DNA from: Eledone cirrhosa
Taxonomy: Eukaryota
Direction: 5' to 3'
Assembly: GCA_964016885.1 (NCBI GenBank)
Contig: OZ024745.1
Span: 96,162,001 to 96,226,000, forward strand
Length of the DNA: 64,000 nucleotides
Shown: piece after piece, positions 24,441-37,829 of the stretch
Numbering within the stretch: the stretch's first letter is position 1
Layout of the letters: every line of letters starts with the position of its first letter
Notes under the pieces: model-generated
What the model saw: only the letters and a program-made list of their open reading frames with translations
Told to the model about the DNA's origin: nothing
The model's database searches: none
Program-made: the position numbers and the translations under genes

Positions 24441-26624
24441 TTTTATATCCCATCATTCTACTTCTCTCTCACAACCAAACCTTTATAGTTCCCCAAATTA
24501 GTTGAACACAATGTAAAACCATCCCACCCCCACCCTACATCCAACTTAAGTTATAAAATGCTAAAATCAAAATTTTGGATGATTTGGACATAAATAAGTC
24601 ATTGATTAGGAGTAAAGCCAAGTTTTTGGCAGGAGTTATGACCCTTGAGTTTCAGAAGAATTCATATTAGATTAATAATCCGCAATGTGTGCATGCGTGT
24701 GTGTGTGTCAGTGAATGCATGCGAGTGTATGTTCCTCCTTCAGAATTGAAGAGCTATGGACAAAGCAATGAAGTTGTTGTATGTAAGAGGGTGTATGAAA
24801 TTGTATGTAGGGGGTGTGAGAAATTGTTATATATAAGGGGTGTATGAAGTTGTATGTAAGGGGTGTGTGAATACAACTGCAAGTCAAACATTTGGCAAAG
24901 AAATAGAAACATAAATACTTTTCTCTTACTTTCTTTTTATCATATTATATCTGCATATGCATGAGAGACTGATTTTATAGAAATGTGGTTGGTGTACTAG
25001 TATGTAAATAATTATGTGTATATATATATATGTGTACGTGTTTGTGTATATATATATATATATATATATATAACGAAGGAAATGTGGTAAGGAACCAGGT
25101 GGACCATAACGCACCAAAGTACTCAATACTTAGGGTAGTAGAGTGGGTAATAGGAACAAGTAAGACCCCGACGGCTGAGCTCAAGCCGTTTCGACGGCTA
25201 ATTCTGTAATCAGTACACTTGTTCCTATATATATATATATATATCTAATGTAGAAATGACTTCTACAGGACTAGAACTGTTTCATTCGAAGGAAATCACC
25301 AGGAAAGCCAACTGTAGAAGCCATTTCTATATTAAATATTGTATATACTCTACTATGTATTGAGTACCTTACTTACTGTGGTTACCCCCAATTGAACCCA
25401 GGATACACTTTATATATAAATATATATATATATGATATATTTTCTTTAGGTCGTTTTGGAAGCCTCAACAATGCAGATGGGTAATTCTCCGGGTAACAAG
25501 ATCCGGTGGTGAAGAGAGAGATGTAAGTGAATGTAGAATGAGATGTATAGTGTGTAGAAGAACGTAGGAAAGAGCATAAAAAATAAAAATAATAACACGA
25601 GATAGAGTTACCTTGGGAGAGATTTAATTGTCCCTATATATTCCCTCATATATATAAGGAACCAAATAAATATATATATTTTTTTTTAAATAAGACTCCA
25701 GTTGCATTTTCGATTTCATCTTTTTTCCTTTATACTTTCACTTGTGTAGGACACCTCGGTTATTTTTCATTTTGTAAAAAAAAACCTCACTTTCTAATAT
25801 ATATATATATATGTATGTGTATATATGTAACTGTATGTATAAATAAATTTATATAATAATAATAATGAAATTATTGTGTACAGTGCTCAGGTGCACTACA
25901 ACTCATCAAAGGTGCATGTATAGTACATAGAATAATTTACAAATGTCAGGAAAGTGAACAGTGTGAGTCATGATATACGTGTGTGTATGTGTGTATGGAG
26001 GGGGGATTTCAGGAAGCATGGAAGTTTTAAAAGATTCAGTGTCTCGGCAGCTAACAACTAATGCAGGTAGTTTGTTCCATGCTTCAGCACATCATCATCG
26101 TCCTTTTACATCCAATTTGCCATGCTTTGATGGGTTTGAACCAATGTTTTCCAATACATCATACCCTCCAATTGTTATGTTCCTTCATCATCATCTCTGT
26201 AATGTTCAGTGGTTTGAGATGATCTCAAACCAGTTCTGCCCAGGGTTGCCTTGGTTTTCCTCCATTACAGCTTCTTTTGTTGAATAACATATCCGGACAC
26301 TTCTTCACCCAAGGTAAGGAAATTCCACTGTAAAACACTGCCTCAAAAAGCCCTATCCAATCAATGCCAGTATGAAAAAGCTGGTGTAAAAATGCTAATG
26401 ATTGATGACAATGAATTGCTTGAAAACTTGCCTTTATCACAAACCAGCATAGTTTACTACTAACAAGTTTTAACATTCACCAAACTTGACAATAGATATT
26501 TCTTTCCACACAGAATTATTTTACCTTCAATTCTTATAAATATTAACTTCAGTTCAGGTTCACTGATGATTTAATAAGAACTTTCTAAATCATTCAGATT
26601 TGATCTTTTATAGACATTTAAGAT

Positions 26625-26950
26625 TCTTGAAAAAAATGTGTGATTTGACCACTGAGGATGATGTCAGCTCAACTGAGCTCCTGAAAAGACTGCTGATCGA
26701 TGACCTCAAGGACGTGCTTCACACGAGATGCATGCACTGGCATGGCTATGTCGAGCACAGTGTGGGCTGGATCAGCAAAGTGATGAATGTCGATCCAGGA
26801 GGCAGTAGAGGCCCAGGAAGACCAAAAAGGACTTGGATGAAGGATGTCTAATGGGATCAAGCTAGGCTTGTCCTGGCCCAAGTGAGACCAGTGGACAGAA
26901 ACACATGGAGAGGGACACTAAGGGGTGCTGTCGGGTAGGATCCACCCCTA
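26625..26950 (+). mobile_element. RTE LINE 3' fragment; sister copy at 3165-3345
   Basis: WHGYVEH...GSRGPGRPKRTW; closely similar sequence at 3165-3345. Confidence 0.75.
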
Positions 26951-27053
26951 TTTAGGTATTAATTTTGTTGTGCCTAATGAAAAACTGGAAGATGATGATG
27001 ATGATGATGTTGATAATACTCAACTACATCTTCTGTAGCAAGTTTTAACCCAC

Positions 27054-27287
27054 TTAACCCTTTAGTTACCAACCTGGGCAAAATAGGCTCTGGTTCTATG
27101 AAATAAAGTCACCCATTCTAAAGGTTTCAATTCAGATTAAAATCTTCCAATATAATTTTATAAAAGTACCTTAAATAAGGTAATTTCTTAATAATGAAAT
27201 AATAATTTTAGTAAACCCCTCAGAATTCTTCATCAATTATTTAAAATAGAGTGTATTTCATTAGAAATATGGTCATGAAAGGGTTAA
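27054..27287 (+). mobile_element. TTAA MITE family B copy
   Basis: TTAAcccttt ... aaagggTTAA termini; an inverted homologue lies at 58643-58884. Confidence 0.8.
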
Positions 27288-27352
27288 TTATATGGTAAAT
27301 AATTTACCTTCATTTCCTAACACTATAATCTTTAGGTTCATGTAACAAACAT

Positions 27353-27587
27353 TTAACCCTTTAGCATTTAAATTGGCCAAATCTGGCCAGAATTCTCTCA
27401 CCTCTTTCTATTCAAACTGACCACCCATACTGATGTTAAGGTATTGTTCTTAAACTAAATGATATCAAAATCTCATAGATTCGATATTATGTGAGATAAA
27501 TATGTGAGGTAAATAAACCCTTTACTGTGAAAATATAATAGTAAATATAATAGTATATATAGAGTAATGTAAATGCTAAAGGGTTAA
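27353..27587 (+). mobile_element. TTAA MITE family A copy
   Basis: TTAAccctttagcattta ... taaatgctaaagggTTAA; TTAA plus CCC termini are typical of piggyBac. Confidence 0.9.
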
Positions 27588-28830
27588 TAAGATCTTTTAA
27601 TAAGATTTTTTAAATATTCATAATTTATCTAAATAGATTTTATAAGAAATTAAAAAATAATTTTTTAAAAAGCATTTTGAAATTTTCAACTTTTTTTTTC
27701 AAGCCTATTATGCTCCCTTTCTGCAAGAACTCTCCCCTTAAAACCCCATTTTATAAACATGCGAGGGTCACTGCTTCTGTAGTCCAACAGAATAACATTT
27801 TAAATACCATGAATTATTGACAAACTATGTTTTCCAGCTTGTGGCATTCGAGACATTTGGAGGAGCTGGGCCACTGACAACAAGGTTCTTGTTATCGGTG
27901 ATGGCTTGCCTTGCTGAGGTATCAGGTGAGGTCCATGAGGGTGCTTAGTTGTTCCAGCACCTTAGCCTCGCTATCACTTGTTGTAATGCCTCAAAAGGTA
28001 TTAGAGGGAGGCTTCAGCACGCCTTGTGCTGTGTAACCAATTGAGACACTATTGATTTAGTATGTTGTTTCGTTTTGATTTTATATGTTCATGTGAAATA
28101 TTTACATAATTAAGTAATCATCATCCAGCAGCCTCAGCCGGAATTGACTCAACAATTGATCTCCACGTGGATCTGTCGGCCATTGCAGTTGGATTTCAAT
28201 ACCAGAATCTCTGGAGATGACATCCAGATAGGAGAGCTTGCCACCCCTGTTATTAGTGATTGCTTATGGTTTCCAAAGCACTAATGGGGACACAGCCTCA
28301 TAGGTGGCACAATGGCAGTGGCCAGCAAATCTTACTCCCCTTTTATGTACAACGACAGAAATGCATGGGAGTCCGGCATATCTCTCTCTCAAAGCCAGAT
28401 GTCGCCAGCTTATGTTCTGAATGTGTAAGAAATAGAGATATATGTATGTGTTGAATTTTGACATCTATAGCATTTGTGTTTGTAATTTCAAGCTATCTAA
28501 ATTGTCAGCATATTTGTTGTTATAAATATTATATCCTGCACAATAGTCATGATACGACATTTTGGAAAAAGTTTGATTATTAATCTTCTTTATTATTATT
28601 ACTATTATTACTAAGGGCAGTGGATTGGCAGTGTCGGTAGAGGGCTGAACGCCATGCCTTGCAACATAGAATTATGCCCCTTTACGGTCTGAGTTCAAAT
28701 CCCGCCAAGGTTAACTTTGCCTTTCATCCTTATGGGATCGATGAAATAAAGAACCAGTAATGCACAGGGATAATTTCTGGCATTGTGCCAAAAGTAGAAA
28801 CAATTGTTATTATTAGTATCAATACTGTGC

Positions 28831-28861
<31 letters not shown>

Positions 28862-29521
28862 AATATATAAATCATCATCATCATCATTTTACGTCCACTT
28901 TTCCCTGCTTGCAAGGGTGGGACGGGAACTGATTCTGGCTTGATTTCTACAGCTGGATGCCCTTCTTAACACCAACCTCATTTACAGTGAGTACTGGGTG
29001 CTTTTTTCCGTGGAGCCTACGCGTCCACTTTACAGTGTGGGCTGGGTGCTTTTTTGTCGTGGCACCTCCACGACCACTTTGCTGTGGAATCATAGGGACC
29101 CCAGTCCTATCATCTCATTTTTACAGCTGAGTAGATTGGAGCAATGTGAAATAAAGTGTCTTGCTCAAGGAAACAACATCACCCGGTCTGAGAATAGAAC
29201 TCACAACTTGCTCTAACCACTAAGCCATGTGCCTCCATATATATATATATATATATATAAGCAAAAGGAATATTCAATTTGTTGGTAATTCAACAAATAT
29301 AAATGTTTATAACTGATTCAGAGCACTCAACAGCTTTTCTGGAGTATAATATTCAATGATATTAAATAAATGGAAACTATATTTATAAAACCATATTTAT
29401 TCTATTATATATATTTCAAGGGTACCATAACTTTGGTACGCTTTCATCAGATAAAATACAGTTTGTTTTATAAATTTTGACATAACCTAGAAAAGATACC
29501 TTAACGGTTCAAGTTTTTATA

Positions 29522-32500
29522 TCATCATCATCATCATTTAACGTCCATCTTCCACGCTTGCATGGGTTTGGACGGGAATTTACCCAATTGAGGCAAGATA
29601 GGTTGTCTTGCTCGTATAGGGCTGTATGGCGGGTTTTCTACGGCTGGATGCCCTTCCTAACACCAACCACGTTTACAGTGTGGACTGGGAGGTTTTTACC
29701 GTGTTGCCTACACGGCCACATTATAGCGTGGACTGTGTTTTTTTGTCGTGACACCTACACGACCTCGTTTGTTTCGGACTGGATGTTGTGGTACCAACAT
29801 AACTTTACATTGAAAGGGGTGGTGTGGATGGGGTGAGGGTAGTGGGACGGGGGTGTATTTTTGTTAGAGGTGACTACTGACTGTAGGTTTCGCTTTGTAC
29901 TTAAGCAAGGCGGGTCTTCTGTATTACTGTGTAGAGCCAAAGATCTCGGTCCAGTCACATTGTCTTGGAGAGATGTAAGTGTAAGTCGTCCCAGGTTTTT
30001 CTGGGTCTGCCTACGCCGTGGCTACTGTCTATTTTTATCGCCCAGCACTTTTTTATACAGCTGTCGTCTTTCATGTGCATCACGTGACCGTACCAACGTA
30101 GTCTTCTCTGGAGTAAACAACATCTGATCCCTCTTATTCCTAATTTCTCCCTTAGTTCGTTTATGCTTTGCCGTTCACATGTAACATTGCTGTTCGTATG
30201 CAGGCATCATACAACCTGCCTTTCATTTTTAGAGAGAAACCTTTAGCGGCCAATAGTGGTATAAGCTCTCTGAACTTTTTCCATCCCGTTCTGACTCTAG
30301 CTACTGTACTTTCAGAGCACCCTCCACCACTGCTGATTTTGTCACCCAGGTAACGGAAGGTGTCCACTATTTCTATAGAACCATCTGTGCAATGGACTGA
30401 GCTAGTATTCTGTGGGCACTTGCTGCTACTTATTGCACTAGAGCACCGGCCACATATACAATCTATATTCTTAGTTAGCTTAACTGTGATCCCACTACAT
30501 CTTTTATGCAGCCATACTTTGCATTTGGGACATAAAATGGAGTTTCTGCCTACTCCTTTCCTACACACTGAGCATGGCCATTTCCCAGATGGGACCGGTG
30601 CCCTATTTTCCTTCCTACAAACTAGAACTTTAGTCTTAGACTGGTTAATTTTAAGGCCTTTGGATTCTAGGCCATGCTTCCATGTTTGAAATTTCTTCTC
30701 TAGTTCGGCCATTGTTCAGCTATAAGCGTTAGATCATCTGCGTATAGGAGTTCCCATGGGCAGTCGGTCTTGAACTCCTCTGTTATAGCCTGAAGGGCAA
30801 TAATAAATAGGAGGGGGCTAAGGACAGAGCCTTGATGAACACCAACTTTTACTCTAAATTCTTCACTATATTCGTTGTTAATTCTAACCTTGCTGACTGT
30901 TTCTTTATACTCCCAAGCCATTCATCAACAACTAGTTTTCTAAGAGCCCACCAGATAATGGAGTGCAGGACTCTGTCAAAGGCTTTCTCCAAGTCAACAA
31001 AAGCTAAGTATAGGGGTTTACTTTTAGCTAGGTACTACTCCTGTAGTTGTCGTACAATGAAAAGAGCGTCTGTGGTACTTCTACCTGACACAAACCCGAA
31101 CTGCATTTCATCTAGATCAATTCGCTCTCTGATTAGTTGCGCTATTACTTTTTCTGTGACCTTCGTGACCTGGTCGATTAATTTAATGCCTCTATAGTTA
31201 CCCCTATCTAGGGCATCTCCTTTACCCTTGTAGCAGTTAAAGATGATGCTGCTACGCCAGTCCTTCAGAACGACCCCATTCTGTATGACTTGGTTTACTA
31301 TCCGGGTGACCATAGTATGTCCCACCGTTCCAGATGCTTTCAGCATTTCAGTAACTATTTCCAAAGGCCCAGCCGCCTTACCCGTTTTCATATCTTTGAT
31401 TGCCTTACTTATTATACTACCTTCAACTAGCACTACTGGTCCCTCTATTGGATCGATGTGGGGGAGACTGTCTTTTTCCCATTTATTCTCCTCATTTAGT
31501 AGCCTTTCGTAGTGACACTTCCAAGCTACATTCTTATCAGCGTCAGTGATGGCAAGTACACCATCATCATTAAGGACACACTTCTCCCCGACAGTATCAC
31601 GGTTTTCCTTGACACATTGCCTAGCAATCCTGAACACCTCACGTTTTTGGTCCTCGCGTTGTAGAAGATGCTTGAACTTTCTTTCCTCTGCTTCCCTTCT
31701 TGCGAAGTACACTTGTCTCCTAGCTTCCCTCCTGGCCACTTGATAGTCTTCTCTACTTCCCGCATTCCGCCATACTTTCCAAGCCTGCTTTTTGGCCTTA
31801 ATTTACTCCTCCACCTTACTGTTCCACCATCACATTACTCTCCTCCTGCCTATAGGCCTGCTCCAGCCACAGACTTCATCTGCCGCCTTCAGCAGGTTAG
31901 CTTTCAGGAATTCCCACTGTTCCTCTATATTGTACGACTCTAATTGCTCTTCCTTACTGTCAAAAGCATCAAGTAATATGCTTTGAAATTTATTACTGGC
32001 TGTGGGGTCCTTTAGCTTCCATATTTTTCTCCTGAGGATAGTCCTCCTCTGTTGTCGAGTATGTCTTGTCCTGACTACGAGGTCGCTGACTATGAGTCTA
32101 TGTTGAGAGGTGCATTCTTCATGGGGGAGGGATTTAGTGTTTACAACAGACACTATCACGTCTTCTGGTAAGGATATAATCTATCTGACTGGCGTGTTCC
32201 CCTGATCTATAGGTGATCAAGTGATTGTCTCATTTTTTGAAGTTAGTGTTACAGATAGTTAGGTTATTTGCGTCACAGAATTCCAGGATTCTGGAGCCTT
32301 CCTCATTTCTAGTACCAAACCCATAGCCTCCATGGATTCCGTCATAGCCATCACAATGTTGTCCAACGTGACCATTTAGGTCACCAGCAATAATTATGTA
32401 GTCACTGTCGGTTATTTGGGAGGTAGTGAGCATCAATGTCTCATAGAATCTGTCTTTTATAGCAGACCCACCCCTCCACCTGGTCTCTTGGATACAGCAA

Positions 32501-33260
32501 ACATCAACCTCCTTACGTTCAAGCATTTCTACAACCTCGTTAGAGCGACCTTTTAAGGTGCCTACATTCATGGTACCAACTCTGAAGTTTTGGATTGCAT
32601 TTGGTGGGTGGGAATGGTGGGGCGCGGGGAGGGGTGAAGGGGATGGGGTTGGGGTTATGTTGGCCATCCGCGGCCGAAACAAAGAGGAGGAGTCCTTGCC
32701 TTTTCGTCCGGCAGCATGAGGTAAATTTGTCTTTATCTTTGGCATTGTCACTGAGTGTCCAGATTTTTCAGACTCTCCAGAATTCCTTAGTCCATCCATC
32801 ATATCGAAAAGCAACCAGGAGAAGTGATAGCATAGGCCGCTGACTTATGATTGGTCCAAATAATAATGGTGGAGAGTGGGGGCGGGTGGGAGGGGTATGG
32901 GGGTAGATAGCGAGAGGGTTTAAATAAAATCTTCGAATTTTGGGCATAATTGGACAAGCATATAACAGTAATAAGCGAATAATGGGATTTTAAAATACAA
33001 GAAGATTATTTAGAACAACCAGACAGAATTATAGAATAGCATTGAGAAAGAGCAAAAGATTGGATTCTGGGCGATGATACGGATATATGAATGAATGGAC
33101 CGAGAGGCTGGAGAGACAAGAAAAAATGGCATTTTACATTACATTTCACAGGAGAGCGAGCAGGTCTGACCATTAATAAGCGTTGACAAATTCTGAGATT
33201 CGTACTTTGTAACAGGTTTATTTATATTTGGTGAGAGAAGGGAGTGATTGAAAGGGTGAA
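29522..33260 (-). mobile_element. Near full-length degenerate RTE-type LINE (APE + RT with a Cys-rich finger), (GAT)n tail
   Basis: APE: VGTMNV.TL, CIQETRW, IAGDLNGH. RT: NYRGIKL, QFGF..GRSTTDA, GVHQGSVLSPLLF, LLYADD. C-terminus RLRWYGHV..GRPRKTW. Contains stops and deletions; the 5' boundary is approximate. Confidence 0.9.
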
Positions 33261-34215
33261 CCAGATATATATATAAATATATATATATTTATAAGCATCA
33301 CCACCACCGTTTTACATCCATTTTTCGATGATTACATGAGTCAAATGGGTTGTCTGCATCAAGAGACCAGTCTGCCAAGCACTGGCCATGCTGTTTCTTG
33401 CATACTCACACACACCCACACACACATATCTATATACACACAGACACACATATATACACCCACACACACATATACACACCCACACACACATATACACACC
33501 AAAAAAATTTACATGAGTATCTACACACACATTTAACAGGTTTTATCAAAATAGTGGAAACACTTGCGATGATTATTAGGTGGAATAGAGGGGGAAAGGG
33601 TGACAATAGCATCAATGATGATGATGGTCATGATGGTGGTGGATTGGCAGAAATGTTAGAACAGAAAACTAGATATGGTATTTTTTTCTCTTTGTGTTCT
33701 GAGTTCTTGAGAGGCAGACTTAACCCATTACCCGGTTAAAACTCTGCCACATAGTTGGTAGGGGTCTTCAGTAGAATCTACTTTGTTTCAAGAATTTCTG
33801 CTTCCACTTTGAAGATAAATACCTCTCTTCTTCATAATAATCTTTAAAATAAAAAGGTAAAGATGCCTCAATTAATGAGGAAGTCATTGAGGCATTGCTC
33901 TTACACATACGTCTTGGCCAGTTTCAACCTGGCAGAGCCTATCCTTCTTGAGGTTGGAACACAGCCAATATTTTCCACACAGTGAGAGAGAATCGACCCC
34001 AGTACTGGACTGATACTTTATCAACCTTGGTAGGATCTGAGCTTAAAGCATGATGAGTAGGAAAAAATACCAAAGTGTTTTTAATTCAATGCCTGAATCA
34101 CTGCCAAATCCTTGCTTTCTTCAACAATTTTAGGGGTTTCAAAAAATAAGTTTATGAGTGCTGTCCTCTGTTTAAAAAATATTTAAGAAGCAAAAAGAAA
34201 ATTAGGTGTACATAC

Positions 34216-34276
34216 CTTTGACGAAATACTGTCAACCTATGATTGATAGTGTTAAACAAGGAACCTAGTAAACCAC
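34216..34276 (-). CDS. CLCN7: CLCN7 exon j (61 nt): (G)GLLGSLFNTINHRLTVFRQ(R)
   Basis: less common AAG acceptor (ctacttaaag) and GTATGT donor; GG.LG..FN..N..LT.FR; phases match both neighbours. Confidence 0.92.
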
Positions 34277-34425
34277 CTTTAAGTAGAAGGAAAAGAAAAT
34301 AAGGAAAATGGGATTTGTATTTAGGTATTGTGTTTAACATAATCATACATAGATTTTGAAATTAGACATTCTTCCAAACATGAGCAATACTATAATAAAT
34401 CAAGCAGATGAGGGAGAGTCTATAC

Positions 34426-35712
34426 AAGGCATGGGTAACTTTTTCAAGCAGTGGACCACATAGGATGTGGCCCATCATAAGGTGGACCACATAGGATGTG
34501 GGTCGTCATAAGGTGGACAACATAGGATGTGGGTTGTCATAAGGTGGACCACATAGGATGTGAGTCATCATAAGGTGGACCACATAGGATGTGGCTCATC
34601 ATAAGGTGGGCAACATAGGATGTGGATCATCATAAGGTGGGCAACATAGGATGTGGATCATCATAAGATGAGCCACATAGGATGTGACTCATAAGGTGGA
34701 CCACATAGGATGTGGCTCATCATAAGATGAGCCACATAGGATGTGACTCATAAGGTGGACCACATAGGATGTGGATCATCATAAGATGAGCCACATAGGA
34801 TGTGGCTCATAAGGTGGGCCACATAGGATGCAGCTCATAAGGTGGGCCACATAGGATGTGGATCATCATAAGGTGGGCTACATAGGATGTGACTCATAAG
34901 GTGGACCACATAGGATGTGGCTCATCATAAGATGAGCCACATAGGATGTGGCTCATAAGGTGGGCCACATAGGATGCAGCTCATAAGGTGGGCCACATAG
35001 GATGTGGATCATCATAAGGTGGGCTACATAGGATGTGACTCATAAGGTGGACCACATAGGATGTGGCTCATCATAAGATGTGCCACATAGGATGTGGCTC
35101 ATAAGGTGGACCACATAGGATGTGGCTCATCATAAGGTGGGCAACATAGGATGTGGCTCATAAGGTGGACCACATAGGATGTGGCTCATCATAAGGTGGG
35201 CAACATAGGATGTGGCTCATAAGGTGGACCACATAGGATGTGGCTCATCATAAGGTGGGCAACATAGGATGTGGCTCATAAGGTGGACCACATAGGATGT
35301 GGCTCATAAGGTGGACCACATAGGATGTGGCTCATAAGGTGGGCCACATAGGATGTGGCTCATAAGGTGAGCAACATAGGATGTGGCTCATAAGGTGAGC
35401 AACATAGGATATGGCTCACCATAAGATGAGCCACATAGGATGTGGATCATAAGGTGGGCCACATAGGATGTGGATCATCATAAAATGTGGCTCATCATAA
35501 GATGTGGATCATCATAAGATGTGGATCATCATAAGATGAGCCACATAGGATGTGGCTCATCATGAAGTGGGCCACTTAGGATGTGGCTCATCATGAAGTA
35601 GGCCACATAGGATGTGGCTCATCATGAAGTAGGCCAATTTTGCAATTATGCGAGCTAGTCAGAAAGCCAAATGTGCCACATGTGGATCACAGGATGCAGT
35701 TGCCCATGACTG
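34426..35712. mobile_element. hAT-type MITE expanded by an internal minisatellite
   Basis: TIRs aaggcatgggtaact / agttgcccatgactg (12/15); 8-bp TSD gtctatac / gtctatat. Confidence 0.72.
34450..35635. repeat. 27/30-bp minisatellite, ~40 units, with a self-complementary core
   Basis: ggtggaccacataggatgtggctcat(cat)aa; ccacat-agg-atgtgg hairpin. Confidence 0.95.
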
Positions 35713-35964
35713 GTCTATATAGTCACTCAACTAGCTAGAAATAGCTGACAAATCTTCCTCAAATTACACACCTTGAGAGGGTAAACGACGCAGCGAATGT
35801 TGTATTAGATATAAAGAAAACGACAATGGTGCTGGCTAGAATAATTTATGGATCTACTGGATCAGGGCTAATCTGGGGTGAAACAACAACTAATCAAACC
35901 TCTTCAATTGGTTTATATAGAAATCAATCTTTAAACATCATCAATGTGGACCTTTTATAGAATA

Positions 35965-36658
35965 CTAGCAGTGGTACCTGGCGTTGCACGGGATAAGGTA
36001 TTTTGAAACGCGGGCCGCCAACAAACCTAATCGTGGAAAAACTGCATGCCTGGACAATATGTAAAGAAAATAAACCGAATACTCTGATGGCTGGATAATC
36101 TTTAAGATTTTCCTTGATGAAGCAGGAAAAATGCAGGTTTTCGCCTAATGCAGGCCCTAGGGGATCAAGAAAATAAATTTTTTTTTCTTTGCTCACAGTA
36201 TGAAGAAGAGACTGACTAATACATAGTTACAATTTCACGGAAATCGGTCTGACGTAACGCCTCAAAACCCCCTATAAAGCTTAAAAAACACAGTTTTTCA
36301 CCTAATGCGGGCCCTAGGAGATAAAAAAGTTGAATTTTTTATGCACATAATACTCCCTGAAACATAAGTAATACACATTTGAAAAAACTCGGTTAGGTAC
36401 TTCTCGAATTTTAGGGATTCAAACTCACAGACACACACACAGAGACAGACATCCTCAGGGAAGTGACGTAATGCAGACAGCCAGACATACAGACAGATAT
36501 TATAAGGGCGCGACGTTATATGTATCTATCTAAAAAGAGAAAGACTAAGAATTGTAGAGAGAGATCGCTAAATCGCCTAATGCGGTCCCTAGGGTATTGA
36601 AACTTTTGAAATTTTTTTGCTCAGCACACTCCCTGAAACATAAGTATTACATGTGTAA
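35965..36658 (-). mobile_element. Helitron-like element of the same family, 5'-truncated and internally duplicated
   Basis: Reverse complement of the 3' end (ctagcagtggtacctggcgttgcacgggataaggta) plus internal blocks shared with 56234-56824. Confidence 0.85.
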
Positions 36659-37726
36659 TAAGGACCTTTTATGGAATATATATAATAGTATTGGCATACT
36701 TTCTTTTGTTTGGCATGTTGAAATATGTATTTTTGTAATAATTTTGTTATGGGAATGTCACATGTATACACGTATGATATTAGGTAAATACCTATTAGAT
36801 AATTCTTTTGTAACATGATATTGTAGAGAAATACATATATTATTACTGACCAACAAGCTATAGGTTCACTATCATTGATCAAGAAAAACCCTCTACATGT
36901 TTATCTTATGCAGCAATGACCTTTATTATTTGAAGTTAAATGTGGTTGGCATTAGGGAGGGCATCCAGCCGTAGAAAACCAGCCCCCACTGTAAAGTGGA
37001 CGTGTAATTGACACGGCAAAAATCACGCAGCATACACTGTCAATGTGGTTGGCGTTAGGAAGGGCATCCAGCCATAGAAAACAAGTCAGAAACTCTCCTA
37101 TACGAGTGAGACGCGGTCACCCAACCTAACTTGCCTCTAAATGGGACAAACCATCTGACCCATGCTAGTGTGGAGGATAGACGTTAACCGATGATGATCA
37201 CAACTACACACTCATTATACTCTCTATTTGAGTAAAGTATATGCCTCCTTGCTTTAATCTATTTGATTGAAAGACAATTTATACTTAAGTGGTTAGGAAT
37301 AACATACAACTGTAAAAATAATTGTACCAACTGAGAACATTTTCACAAACTATGCAAGTATGGAAAAATATAATATATAAAAGTGTCCTAAAAACCCAAC
37401 ATGAAGCATAATATTAGGCTTTCAAATATCCAGTTTAAATGTACTAAATAATCAGATTCAGCACTATATGTAATTAAATGTTAAGAATGGATCTCATTAG
37501 TGTTTTTATTAGAGTTAGATTGTATGATTCTACAACACAAAATACTAAAAGGAATTCTAATGAAAATCTCTTCTTATAGAACATGGTGGGCATCATGAGG
37601 ATTATATTATATTTAGTGAAAATAAATAAATGCACCATTTTATTTTAAAATATAACAGTTGTCTTTCAGGTTAATCATTAACTCGTTTACAACAGAATAA
37701 TTTATTCAGATAAAGAACATACTTAC

Positions 37727-37781
37727 CAACTACACCCATAAATATAAAAATAATCAACTCCTGGCCAGAGTAATAATTAAA
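37727..37781 (-). CDS. CLCN7: CLCN7 exon i (55 nt): FNYYSGQELIIFIFMGVV(G)
   Basis: ttttgcag / GTAAGT; E..IFI.MGVV. Confidence 0.92.
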
Positions 37782-37829
37782 CTGCAAAAGAAAAAAGAAA
37801 AAATATGTAATAAATTTACATGGAAACAA

